Part shown: positions 1-10,658 of the stretch, piece after piece
Layout of the letters: the number at the start of each line of letters is the position of its first letter
How positions within the stretch are numbered: the stretch's first letter is position 1
Source of the DNA: an uncultured Verrucomicrobiae bacterium
Lineage (GTDB): Bacteria > Verrucomicrobiota > Verrucomicrobiia > Limisphaerales > JAFGQR01
Direction: 5' to 3'
Length of the DNA: 64,000 nucleotides
Assembly (NCBI GenBank): GCA_963788655.1
Contig: CAWBHS010000043.1
Span: forward strand, 1 to 64,000
The notes under the pieces: model-generated
Told to the model about the DNA's origin: nothing
The model's database searches: none
What the model saw: only the letters and a program-made list of their open reading frames with translations
Program-made: the position numbers and the translations under genes

Positions 1-39
1 TTTTGTTTCCTGCAGCCTCTTGGTTCGGTTGGTCTTGCT

Positions 40-711
40 TCCACATTCACGTGGCGGAAGACCGCAGCGATCAGGACTACTCGGTTAAGAAGCATCGCAT
101 GCGGGTGGTGGAGAGGTTGAACAAGTTCGGTATCCTCGGGCCCCGTAGCATCGCCGCACATTGCGTGCACGTGAATCGCCGGGAGATGGACTTGCTGGCG
201 GAGACGCAAACCGCGGTGGTCCATAATCCCCAATCCAACATGAACAACGCCGTCGGCGTGGCGGATGTCGTCGGCATGATCAAGACGAGGGAGTGCTGGT
301 GGGGCTCGGGACAGACGCGATGACGACCAACATGCTGGAAGAATTGCGCGTTGCCCTGTGGGCCCAGCATCTGTCCGCCCGGAATCCCTCCGTGGGATTC
401 GGCGAGGTGGTCACGGCGCTCTTCGTTAACAACCCCATCATCGCCGGCCGATGTTTGGCCTGCCTCTGGGCGAACTGCGCGAGGGGTGTGTGGGAGACGT
501 GGTCGTCATTGACTACGATCCCCCCACACCGCTGGACGCCGGCAACAGCTTCGGTCACATCGTCTTTGGAATGTCCCAGGCCGCTGTGGATACGACCATC
601 GTCGGCGGCCGGGTGTTGATGGAGAACAAGCGCCTGACCCTGGACCTGGATGAAGCCCGCATCAACGCCCGCGCGCGCGAATTCGCGAAGAAGCTATGGA
701 AACGACTCTAA
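40..711 (+). CDS. ssnA: SsnA-like amidohydrolase (chlorohydrolase family), 5'-partial, frameshifted
   Basis: Joined ORFs 3..323, 293..619 and 451..711 give [35 protein letters not shown] and DYDPPTPL; adjacent to ygeY. Confidence 0.8.
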
Positions 712-723
712 CCGGGAAAAAAT

Positions 724-1935
724 ATGAACACCACCTACCAAGCCATTCAGAAACGCGCCAAGGCGCTGGAAAAAGAGACCGTCCGCTTCCTGGCGGACAT
801 CGATCCGCACCCCATCCTTTTCCTCGAAGGAGAAGAAGGTCATTGCCGTCATCAGGAAGGAAATGAAGAAGGTCGGCTTCGACGAGATCCGCGTTGACGG
901 CTTGGGCAACATCATCGGGCGGATCGGCAACGGACGCGCGTGATCGCCTTCGACGCCCAATGGACACCGTCTATCCCGGCGACCTCGAGCAGTGGGACTT
1001 CGACCCGTTCAAGCCGAGCGTCAAGGACGGCAAGATCTGGGGCCGCGGCACGGTGGACCAGAAGGGCGGCATGGCCGCGATGGTCTATGCGGCGAAGATC
1101 ATCAAGGAGCTGGCGCTCAACGACCAGTTCACCATCTATTTCACCGGCACGGTCATGGAGGAGGACTGCGACGGCCTCTGCTGGCAGTACCTGCTCAATG
1201 AGGAGAAGCTCAAGCCGGAGTTCGTCGTCATCACCGAGCCGACCAACCTGAACATCTACCGCGGCCATCGCGGCCGGATGGAGATTCGCGTCGAGGTCAA
1301 AGGGCGGAGCTGCCACGGCTCGGCGCCCGAGCGCGGGGACAACGCCATCTACAAGATCGCCCGCATCGCGCTGGAGATCGAGAAGCTAAACGAGCGGCTT
1401 GCGCGACGATCCGTTCCTGGGCAAAGGCACCGTCACCGTCAGCGAGGTGCGCTCCTCGTCGCCGTCGCTCTGCGCGGTGGCCGACGGGGCCGGCATTCAT
1501 CTCGACCGCCGGCTGACCGCTGGCGAGACAAAGGCGAGCGCCCTGACCGAGGTGCGGGACGCGGCGAAGCGGGCCGGGCTATCCCGACGCGAAGGTTTAC
1601 GTGCTCAACTACGCCGAGGCGGCCTACACCGGCAAGGTGTATCCCACGGAGAAGTATTACCCAACCTGGGTATTGGAAGCAGAAGTCGCCCTACCTAAAA
1701 GACGCCGTGGCGGCTTACAAGGGCGTGCTGGGCAAAGACCCACTGGTGGACAAATGGACGTTCAGCACGAACGGCATCGCAATCGCGGGCATGGAAGGCA
1801 TCCCTGCCTCGGCCTCGGCCCGGGCAATGAAGTCTATGCCCACGCCCCGAACGAAGCGTGCCCGGTGCATCATCTCAGCGCCGCGGCTGCCTTCTACGCC
1901 GCATTGGTGGCAAGCCTTAATGGAAAGGTTCATGA
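724..1935 (+). CDS. ygeY: YgeY-family M20 (ArgE/DapE-like) hydrolase, frameshifted
   Basis: ATG at 724 (MNTTYQAIQ); [87 protein letters not shown]. Confidence 0.85.
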
Positions 1936-3163
1936 CCCCATTCCTCTATTACTGCACCACCTGCGGGAAGCGTATCGGCGCGACGAGGTGCGTTACCTCT
2001 GCCCAACCTGCGCGCCGATTACCGGCCCGGCATGCCGCTCCTCGGTGTGCTCTCCGTCCAATTTGACTACGCAGCCATCAGGCGGCAATTCCGAAAGCAA
2101 AGCCCGGACTGGAGTCTCTTCTCCGCGGTTGAGCCGAAGCACTATCCGCCCTTCCCGGCGGGCAACACGCCATTCTTCCCGGTGGCTGCCCTGGGCAAAG
2201 CGCTCGGCTTCGACAATGTCTGGCTCAAGAATGACGGCCTGAACCCCAGCGCCTCGCTCAAAGACCGCGCTTCGTTCCTCGTCGTGGCCGAGGCCAACCG
2301 GCTCAAGGAGCCCTCCATCGTCACCGCCTCGACCGGTAATGCCGCCAGCGCCCTGGCGGCCGTCTGCGCCGCCGCGGGCAAGCAGGCGATCATCTTCGTC
2401 CCGGCAACCGCGCCCAAGGCCAAGCTCGTGCAGATGGTGCTCTATGGCGCGCACGATGATTCCCGTGCGCGGCACCTACGACGATGCATTCCGGCTATCC
2501 CTCGAATACACCGCGCGCAAGGGCGGCCTCAACCGCAACACCGCCTACCATCCCCTGACCATCGAAGGGAAGAAGACCGTCGGCCTGGAAATCTACCAGC
2601 AGAACGGGTTGAAGGCGCCGGATGCGATCGTCGTGCCCGTCGGCGACGGCGTGATCATCAGCGGCGTGCACAAAGCTTTCCACGACCTGAAAGCGGCAGG
2701 GTTGATCTCCAAACTGCCGCGGCTGGTCTGCGTCCAGGCGGAGCGCTCCGCCGCCATCCATCATTACCTGCGCACCGGCAAGTATCAGAATGCCCGGCGC
2801 CCCGCCACCATCGCCGACTCGATTTCCGTCTCGACCCCTTCGAACGCGCACATGGCCCGGCGAGCAGTCATGGAAAGCCGGGGATTCTCCATCACCGTCT
2901 CCGACAGAGAGATACTGCGTGGTCAGAGACTGCTCGCGGAAAAGACGGGCGTGTTCGCGGAACCGGCGGCGGCCGCAACCGTGGCGGCTTTGCGGAAGCT
3001 GCAAGGGTCGAACTTGCTGGGCCGCAAAGAACAGATCGTGCTCCTCATCACCGGCCACGGTCTCAAGGACGTTGACGCCGCCCTGAACAGCATCCGCATT
3101 CCGCCCTCGATCGAGCCAACCTTGGAAGCACTGGATTCCTTACGTGCCTGCGCCCGACAATAG
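1932..3163 (+). CDS. thrC: Threonine synthase-like PLP-dependent enzyme (fold type II), frameshifted
   Basis: N-terminal CTTC...CPTC zinc ribbon; KNDGLNPSASLKDR (PLP lysine), ASTGNAA, VPVGDG, FAEPAAA, ITGHGLKD. Confidence 0.75.
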
Positions 3164-3177
3164 TCACCAGATTACTT

Positions 3178-4563
3178 ATGAACAGAAGAACCAAACGATC
3201 GTATTGGCCAGCCCTCGTGGGCCTGGCCGGTTCCCTCGCCTTTACTGCGGCGACCGCCCCTGTGCCGAACCAGAACTGGCCCGAGTGGCGCGGCCCGCTC
3301 CAGAATGGCGTTGCGCCCGACGCCAACCCTCCCACCACCTGGAGCGAGACCAGCAACGTCAAATGGAAGGCAAAGCTGCCCGGCAGCGGCTACGCCACCC
3401 CCATTATCTGGGAGGATCGGGTCTTCATCCAGACTGCGATTCCGACGGGCAAGAAGATCGAGGCGAAGGCCGCCGAGACGGGCGAGCAGCCGCCTCGCAA
3501 GGACAACAGCCCCGGCGGCAGAAAGGGCCGGGGCGGCTTCGGCGGCGGCGCCAAGCCGACGGAAGTCTATCAATTCGCCGTGCTCTGCCTGGACCGTCAG
3601 ACCGGCAAAGTGCTTTGGCAGCGGGTCGCCCGCGAGGAGGTCCCGCACGAGGGCTATCGCCAGGGCGAGGGCAGCTTCGCCTCGTCTTCGGGCCTTACCG
3701 ACGGCAAACACTACTACGCCTACTTCGGCTCGCGCGGCATCCATTGCTATGCTCTCGACGGCAAACCGCTCTGGAGCCAGGACCTGGGCAAGATGCGCAT
3801 GGCCATGAGCTTTGGCGAGGGCAACTCGCCCGCGATTTACCGCGACACCCTCATCATCAATCGGGACAACGAGGATGACTCGTTCATCGTCGCGCTGGAC
3901 AAGAACAACGGCAAGACGCTCTGGAAGATGCCACGCGAGGAAGGCACCTCGTGGTCCACCCCGCTGATCATCGAGCGCGACGGCAAAGCTCAGGCGGTGG
4001 TCGCCGCGACCACCAAGATCCGCAGCTACGACGTGGCCTCCGGTGAAGTGCTCTGGGAATGCGGCGGGCTGACTCGCAACGTAATCCCGTCCCCGGTCGC
4101 CGACGCCAACACGGTCTATTGCATGAGCGGCTTTCGGGGCAACGCCTTGCTGGCCATCCGCCTCGGCCGCACCGGTGACCTTACCGGCACCGACGCCATC
4201 GCCTGGACCCACAACAAGAGCACCCCGTATGTGCCCTCGCCGTTGCTCTACGACGGCAAGCTCTACTTCTTCGCGAACAACAATGGGGTGCTCACCTGCC
4301 TGGACACCAAGGCCGGGACTCCCCTGTTCGAGGCGCAGAAGCTAGACGACCTGTCGGGCGTCTATGCCTCGCCGCTCGGCGCCGCCGGGAGAGTCTATCT
4401 TGTGGGCCGAAACGGCGCTGTCGTTGTGCTCAAGCAGTCCGACAAGCTCGAAGTCCTGGCCGTCAACCGCCTCGAAGAGAAGTTCGACGCCTCGCCCGCC
4501 GCTGTCGGCAAGGACCTCCTCCTGCGCGGACGCGAGCACCTCTATTGCCTGTCCGAGAAGTAG
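3178..4563 (+). CDS. Secreted PQQ-binding-like beta-propeller repeat protein
   Basis: Intact 461-aa ORF; signal peptide, WPEWRGP, SWSTP, PYVPSPL, YASP and FDASPA motifs typical of PVC PQQ-like propellers. Confidence 0.85.
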   Translation: MNRRTKRSYWPALVGLAGSLAFTAATAPVPNQNWPEWRGPLQNGVAPDANPPTTWSETSNVKWKAKLPGSGYATPIIWEDRVFIQTAIPTGKKIEAKAAETGEQPPRKDNSPGGRKGRGGFGGGAKPTEVYQFAVLCLDRQTGKVLWQRVAREEVPHEGYRQGEGSFASSSGLTDGKHYYAYFGSRGIHCYALDGKPLWSQDLGKMRMAMSFGEGNSPAIYRDTLIINRDNEDDSFIVALDKNNGKTLWKMPREEGTSWSTPLIIERDGKAQAVVAATTKIRSYDVASGEVLWECGGLTRNVIPSPVADANTVYCMSGFRGNALLAIRLGRTGDLTGTDAIAWTHNKSTPYVPSPLLYDGKLYFFANNNGVLTCLDTKAGTPLFEAQKLDDLSGVYASPLGAAGRVYLVGRNGAVVVLKQSDKLEVLAVNRLEEKFDASPAAVGKDLLLRGREHLYCLSEK

Positions 4564-5028
4564 CTGCACGAGCCCACCGACCGGGTAGGGCCGGCAGTCC
4601 CCTGCGAGCCGCAGCGGTCAGCGCGGCCCCCGCCGCTCAACCGCTGCCAGCGGTTTGGAAACCGTCCGCGGTCTGAAGAGCAGGCGTGAACATCGCCGCC
4701 CTGAACTCCGTCAAACCCTTGTAACCTTGGCAACGGCTGGGGCGTCTATACGCGAGACCGGCTCTCTTCCGGTCGCCCACGCGCTGGCAGGCTGCGGGCG
4801 CCGGGCGCCAGCCTCCGCGACCGGGTGCAGATGGGGCGGCAGAAGGAGGGAGGGACCTTGAACCCACCTTGAAACGAGCTTGAAACTGGCTTGTTGCTAC
4901 GGCTCCACCGGCGACCCGCACCACCCCACCTTGACCACCAGCCGACCCGGGTTATGGTGCACATGTATCTGCGCCCGCTGGCGGCAGGGTTCACCCCCGC
5001 CAATCCCGGGACGCAGGCTGTGAAGTTT

Positions 5029-5883
5029 ATGTGTGCAGCAGAGTGTTTGCGAGTGCGGCCGGTTGACTGGCTCTTGGCCGGCAGCTTGATGGTTGCCACC
5101 TCGTTGGCCGCTCCGCCGCCCTCAGGCCCGCACAACGGCACTCCGACCAACCGGCCCACGCATTCCGTCAAGGGTGCGCCACGCGACCACGCTACCGGCA
5201 CGAACGGCCTGGCCTTGCCGCCGCTGCCTCGACCCGCTCCGGCCCGCCGCGCGGACTTGGCTGCTGCCTTCGCCAAGACCGTGCCAATCTCGGTCGGCGA
5301 TCTCAGGGCCATCGAGCGGCACATTAAAGCACTCGCAGCCCGTGTGTCGCCGGCGGTTGTGGCGGTCGAGATCGGCAGCGGCAGCGGCAGCGGAGTTGTC
5401 GTCTCCGCGGACGGCCTGGTGCTGACCGCCGGGCACGTCTGCGGGCGGCTGGGTCGCAGCGTGCGCTTCACCTTCCCGACTGGCAAGACCGCGCGGGGCA
5501 AGACGGTGGGCGTTGACTTCGAGAGCGACACCGGCTTCATGAAGATCACCGATCGGGGCTCGTGGCCTCATGCGGCCATGGGCGACCTGGAGCAGGCGCG
5601 CATCGGCGACTGGGTGCTCGCGCTGGGCCATCCCGGCGGCTTTGATCAGCGGCGGTCACTGGTCGTGCGATCCGGGCGCATCATCCAACTGGCGGACGAC
5701 GCTCTCCAAACCGACTGCACCATCGCTCCGGGCGACTCCGGCGGACCGCTCTTCGACATGCATGGCCGCGTCATCGGCATCCACAGCGCCATCAGCTATT
5801 CGGTGTCGGATAACTTCCATGTTGCAATCACCGAGTTCTACCACACCTGGGAAGTGCTGGCGAAGGGGGCTGACTGGAGGTGA
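5029..5883 (+). CDS. S1C trypsin-like serine protease
   Basis: GSGVVVSADGLVLTAGH, DTG and PGDSGGPLFD give an intact triad; start codon uncertain. Confidence 0.85.
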   Translation: MCAAECLRVRPVDWLLAGSLMVATSLAAPPPSGPHNGTPTNRPTHSVKGAPRDHATGTNGLALPPLPRPAPARRADLAAAFAKTVPISVGDLRAIERHIKALAARVSPAVVAVEIGSGSGSGVVVSADGLVLTAGHVCGRLGRSVRFTFPTGKTARGKTVGVDFESDTGFMKITDRGSWPHAAMGDLEQARIGDWVLALGHPGGFDQRRSLVVRSGRIIQLADDALQTDCTIAPGDSGGPLFDMHGRVIGIHSAISYSVSDNFHVAITEFYHTWEVLAKGADWR

Positions 5884-5908
5884 TGGTCAGGGCTGCCTCC
5901 CGATAGCC

Positions 5909-6963
5909 ATGAATCCGCGTTTCATCTCCAACCGCGCCGCGCCGGTCTTGGCGCTTGTGCTGCTCTGCCTGACACAGCATGCGGGGGCGCAGGATTACCG
6001 CATTTCTCCCGAGCTGCCGCGCGATCGCTACCGGAACGGGGAAGAGACCTTGCGCGCCTTCGCCCCGATCTCGGCCGCGACCCGGCACTCAATCGTGAAG
6101 CTCAATGTGGACGGCGCAACCGTCGCGCTGGGGGCCGTCATGGATGCCAATGGGCTGGCCCTGACCAAGGCCAGCGAGCTCAAGAAGGGCAAACTGACCT
6201 GCTGGCTCGCCACCGACAAGGAAGTGCCAGCGGAGGTGATTGCCATTGATGAAGACGAGGATGTGGCGCTCGTGCGCGTGCACGCCCGGGGCTTGAAGCC
6301 GATCGCGTGGGCTACGGACGCAGTTGCCGTGGGGCAATGGGCCATCACGCCCGGCATCGCCAACACCCCTCATGCCGTCGGCATCATCAGCGCCCTGCCC
6401 CGCCGGATACGCCCCGCGCGCGCCCTCATCGGAGTCCAGTTCGACTACGGCACTACCACGCCGAGAATTGACCAGATCCTTCCCGGTCTCGGCGCCGAGA
6501 AGGCCGGGCTGAAGCCTGGCGATTTGATCGTGGCCGTCAACGGCGCGGGGGTGACGAATCGCGAGCAGGTCGTCGAAACGCTGCGCGAGTTCCGCGAAGG
6601 TCAGAGTGTCAAGTTGCGCCTGCAACGCGCGGAGAAACCGTTTGAGGTGCAGATCCGCCTGATGGTGCCGCGGTCCGGCGAGCCGGGCTCGGAATTGTAT
6701 TATCAGCGGGAGGCCGCCGCCTGAGTGGTGCAGTCAGCGAGCGGGCGGCAGGGTTTGAGCAGGCCATCGAGCACGACTCCGTCCTGCGCCCCTGGCTCTG
6801 CGGCGGCCCGCTGGTAAACCTCGAGGGCAAGGCCATCGGCCTGAACATCGCTCGCGCCAGCCGCGTGACCACCTACGCCCTGCCGGCCAGCCTAGTGCAG
6901 ACGGTGTTTGATCACCTCAAATCCATCCCCAAAGCCCGCGCTGTCGGGAGACAAATAGCGTAA
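5909..6963 (+). CDS. Secreted trypsin-like pseudoprotease with internal PDZ domain (indel near 6720)
   Basis: Signal peptide; LTKASE in place of the His motif; PDZ (GAEKAGLKPGDLIVAVNG); after the frameshift EHDSVLRPWLCGGPLVNLEGKAIGLNIARA, stop TAA at 6961-6963. Confidence 0.75.
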
Positions 6964-6977
6964 CTTCCCGAGCCCGA

Positions 6978-7500
6978 TCACACCAACGTTTCGAGCGCCG
7001 TGCGGACACGGCCCACAATGCCGGGCAACGCCTCCTGCAACGCCGGCGTCAGGGTCGTGCCGACCGTAAACGGGTCTTCCACTTCGATCGCGAGGATCTT
7101 CACCTGCTCCGGCATCGGCAGTCCCAACTGCCGGCCCAGCGCCAGCGTTTCGCTCACGCCCAGAAAGTGCGGCGTGCGGCCGGTCAGTTGCCTCAATGCA
7201 CCCGGCATCGAGCTCATGAATAAAGCCCGGCTCCGCCCTGCCGTCTGGATCGAGTCCACGATGAGCACCGTGCGGTAGCCGGTGATGAAATCCAGCAGCG
7301 CCAGGCCCATCTCCGTCGTCTCGCGCAGGTCAATGGCCGGATCGCCGGCCAGCTCGCGCTGGAGTTCGTGGACAACGCGCAGGCCGATGGCATCGTCGGT
7401 GAGGATGTCGTTTCCCAGGCCGAGGAGAAGGACGCGCGCAGCCGGAGCGGGCGAAGTTTCGCGGCGCGGCGGTGGTTTCGAGCGCAGGGCCGGAGCATGG
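6978..7500 (-). CDS. Hydrogenase maturation endopeptidase (HycI/HybD family)
   Basis: VLLLGLGNDILTDDAIG...MGLALLD...LIVDS...PH; directly downstream of the hydrogenase large subunit; start approximate. Confidence 0.85.
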
Positions 7501-7539
7501 GCATAAAGCCGAAATCCGAAATCCGAAGCTGAGGCCGGT

Positions 7540-9116
7540 TCAGTCCTGCACGAGTTGCTGCACCAGGTCCCGCTGGCGGTCGTAGATGTTGACCTTCAGC
7601 GGCAGATGGCCGGGGAGCGAATGCGTGGCGCAGCCGAGGCAGGGGTCGTAGGCGCGGAAGGCCATCTCGACCTTGTTGAGCAGGCCGTCGGTGACCTTGC
7701 CGCCTTTGATCAGGCCCTTGGCGGCCTTCTCGACGCTCATGGCGATGCGGGCGGCGTTGTTCTGCGTGGCGACGATCAGGTTGGCCATCGTGATCAGGCC
7801 GCGCTCGTCGGTCTCGTAATGATGGAACAGCGTGCCGCGCGGCGCCTCGACCACGCCGATGCCGACCGTGGGCGTCGCGGTCGGAATGTTGCGGATGTCG
7901 GTGCTGGTGATCTCCGGATCGTTGACCAGTTCGCACCATGCGCTCGGCGGCCTGGATCATCTCGACCACGCGCGCCCAGTGGTTGGCCAGCGTGTGATGC
8001 ACGGGCTTGCCGCCGAGCGTCTTGAAGAACTCCTCGTAGGCCTCCTGCGCCTTGGGCGTGGCCATGCCGTCGGCGGCGTTCAGGCGCGCCAGCGGAGCCA
8101 CGGCGTAGATGCTGCTCTCCGGGCCTTCGTCGAAGCCATTCCAGCCGCGCGGCTTCAGGTAAGCAGAACTTCATGTAGCTCCACGGCTCGACATGCTCGG
8201 CCACGTAAGTCGCGATACTGCTGCGCCGGCGAACTTGCAGATTCCTTGCCGTCGCAGTCCACCACGCGCAGCTTGCCGTCGTAGAAGTTGACTTTGTTCT
8301 GCTCGTCCACCATGCCCATGTAATAGGTCCGGTGGGTGTAGGCGTCGCGAGGTGATCAGCTTCACGTAGTCGGGGTTCTTGAGCACGATGTCTTTGAACA
8401 CCTGCGAGCGTGAACTGGGCGAACTCGACGCGCGTCCTTGGCCAGTTCCTTGAACTTCGGCAGGTCCTCCGGCCTTGAGCGCCTTGCTGACGCCGCCGGG
8501 CAGGCCGAGCACGGGATGGATCACCTTGCCGCCGAAGTAGGCGATCAGCTCGCGCAGGCGGCGGCGCATGGCGATGACCTTCTTGCCGACCTCGACGCCG
8601 ACCTTGCCGATCACGCCGACGATGTTGCGCTCGCGCGGCGGGCGCTTCCGGGCCGACAATGAAGTCCGGTCCGCCCAGCACGAAGAAGTGCAGCGCGTGG
8701 TCCTCGAGCATGAAGGTGTTATAGACCAGCTCGCGAATCTTCCGCGCCGGCGAGCGTGGGCTCGACCTGGTAGAGGTCGTCCAGCGCCTTGGTCGCGGCC
8801 ATGTGGTGCGCCGTGGGGCAGACGCCGCAGATGCGGCTGGTGATCTGCGGCATGTCCTCGGCCGGCCGGCCGAGGCTGAACACCTCGAAGCCGCGCAGCT
8901 CGGGCACTTGCATGTAGGCGCGCTCGACGTCGCCGCTGTCGTCGAGGAAGATGTCGATCTTGCCGTGGCCTTCCAGCCGGGTGATCGGGTCGATGGTGAC
9001 ACGCGGCGTGCGCTGCCGGCATCGTCCGCGTTGGCCTGGCAGGTTGAGCGCGGGTTCGGAAGTCTGGTTCGAGAGCTGTCGTCCATGAGCTGCTTGTTCG
9101 CGATGTTGCGAGCCAT
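7540..9116 (-). CDS. mvhA: [NiFe]-hydrogenase large subunit, group 3c (MvhA-like), frameshifted
   Basis: IDPITRLEGHGKI; L1 RGFE...ITSRICGVCPTAHH; VEAPRGTLFHHY; L2 RAYDPCLGCATH followed by a cleavable C-terminal extension. Confidence 0.9.
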
Positions 9117-9134
9117 GCCTCATTGCAGTGTCGG

Positions 9135-10118
9135 TTACGTAGGATCGGGCAGGTCCACTTTGCGCCGCAGCAGGCTTTTGGCGAGGCCGTAGCGGTAGAA
9201 CGTGCCGACCGGATCGGGGATGCCGGCCAGCACGCTGTTAATCTCCTGTCTCGTCTTTCGGCGCCGACATTGGCGCAGAGCGACGACAGGATCTTCAGCG
9301 CCCTGGTCGCGCACCCGCGAGGTCGGGCCCGAAGCAGCCGGTGCAGGGCATGTTGCCGCACGATGCAGGCCGCCTCGCAGCCGCCGCGCGTGGCCGGCCC
9401 CATGCACACGATGCCCTGGGCGAGGAAGCAGAGCTCCGGGTCGATCAGCGTCTGGTGCGGACGCTTGAATTCCGTGAAGCTGACGTTCGTGGGCTTGGTG
9501 GCCTTGCGCGGGCACTCGTCGCACAGCGCGATGTCCGGCGCGAGCACGCTGCCCTTGGGCGGCAGCTTGCCTTCGAGCAGCGCGCCATGGCCGCCTTGGT
9601 GATCTTCGGCGTCGGCGGGCAGCCGGGGATGTAATAGTCCACCTCCACCACCTGGTCGAGCGCGCGCACGACATTGCGAAGCTCCGGCAGCGTGACCGTC
9701 GTGGCCGTTGTCGCTGAACGTCAACTGCGGCCGGGTCTTCGGCTTCGTTCACCACCGTCGGCGTCGTCTTCATAGACGAACGCAGAATCTGCTCGCGCGA
9801 GAACTGGTTGGCCAGACCGGGAATGCCGCCGAGATGCGCGCACGCGCCGTAGGCGATGATGAACTGGCTCTTGCGGCGCAGCAGATGCGCCATCTCCTCC
9901 TGTTCGCTGGTGCGGATGGCGCCGTTGAGCAGCGTGGCGACGATGGACTTGTCCGGCATCGCCTCGATGTCCTTGCTTCTTGAAGTCCATGGCCACCGGC
10001 CAGAGGACGATGTCCACCGCCTCCACGACGCCGAGGATGTCCTCGGCCAGGTCCACGACCGCTTCCTCGCAGCCGCCGCACGAGGCGCACCAGTAGAAGG
10101 CAACTTTGGTTTAGGCAT
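9135..10118 (-). CDS. mvhG: [NiFe]-hydrogenase small subunit (MvhG-like), frameshifted
   Basis: YWCASCGGCEE, AYGACAHLGGIPGLAN, YIPGCPP, CDECPR, CFLAQGIVCMGPATRGGC. Confidence 0.88.
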   Translation of the reverse strand: MPKPKLPSTGAPRAAAARKRSWTWPRTSSASWRRWTSSSGRWPWTSRSKDIEAMPDKSIVATLLNGAIRTSEQEEMAHLLRRKSQFIIAYGACAHLGGIPGLANQFSREQILRSSMKTTPTVVNEAEDPAAVDVQRQRPRRSRCRSFAMSCARSTRWWRWTITSPAARRRRRSPRRPWRAARRQAAAQGQRARAGHRAVRRVPAQGHQAHERQLHGIQASAPDADRPGALLPRPGHRVHGAGHARRLRGGLHRAATCPAPAASGPTSRVRDQGAEDPVVALRQCRRRKTRQEINSVLAGIPDPVGTFYRYGLAKSLLRRKVDLPDPT

Positions 10119-10658
10119 GAGCAGTCTACCATCGTGCTGGTCGGCTCTCGTGTTCGGCGCAGCCGCAGCCGCTGGCGTGCTCTTCGCGGCGACCTGTTCG
10201 GCGAAATGCTCCATCTCCCGGTCCCAATCGGCGAAGCGTTCTGCGGCAGGCCCAGCGGGCCGAGCGCGTTTGACCTGCTCGACCATCTCGTTGATGACGC
10301 GTCTTCACCTTCTCGCCTTCGGCGGCGGAGATCCATTCCAGCCGCAGGCGCTCCGGTCCTCGATGCCCATGTCGCGAGCAAGCGCTTGAGCATCTGAAAC
10401 CGGCGCAGGCATCTTGTAGTTGCCCTCGACGTAGTGGCAGTCGCCGGGTGGCAGCCGCCGATCAGCACGCCGTCGGCGCCCTTGCGCCAGCGCGTCCAGC
10501 ATGAACTGCGGATCCACCCGGCCGGAGCACATCAGCCGGATGACGCGCGACGTTGGGCGCGTACTTAGCCGCGACACGCCCGCGAGGTCCGCGGCCGTGT
10601 AGGTGCACCAGTTGCAGAAGAAGGCCACGATGCGCGGTTGCCAGTGTGGCTCAGACAT
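10119..10658 (-). CDS. mvhD: MvhD [2Fe-2S] subunit, frameshifted
   Basis: RIVAFFCNWCTYTAADLAG, RLMCSGRVDP, GCH..DCHYVEGNY; 3' end approximate. Confidence 0.88.

Noticed and set aside
4584..4630. GTAG-type REP after the PQQ-like gene
   Set aside because: Single, degenerate, with no convincing partner arm in the window.
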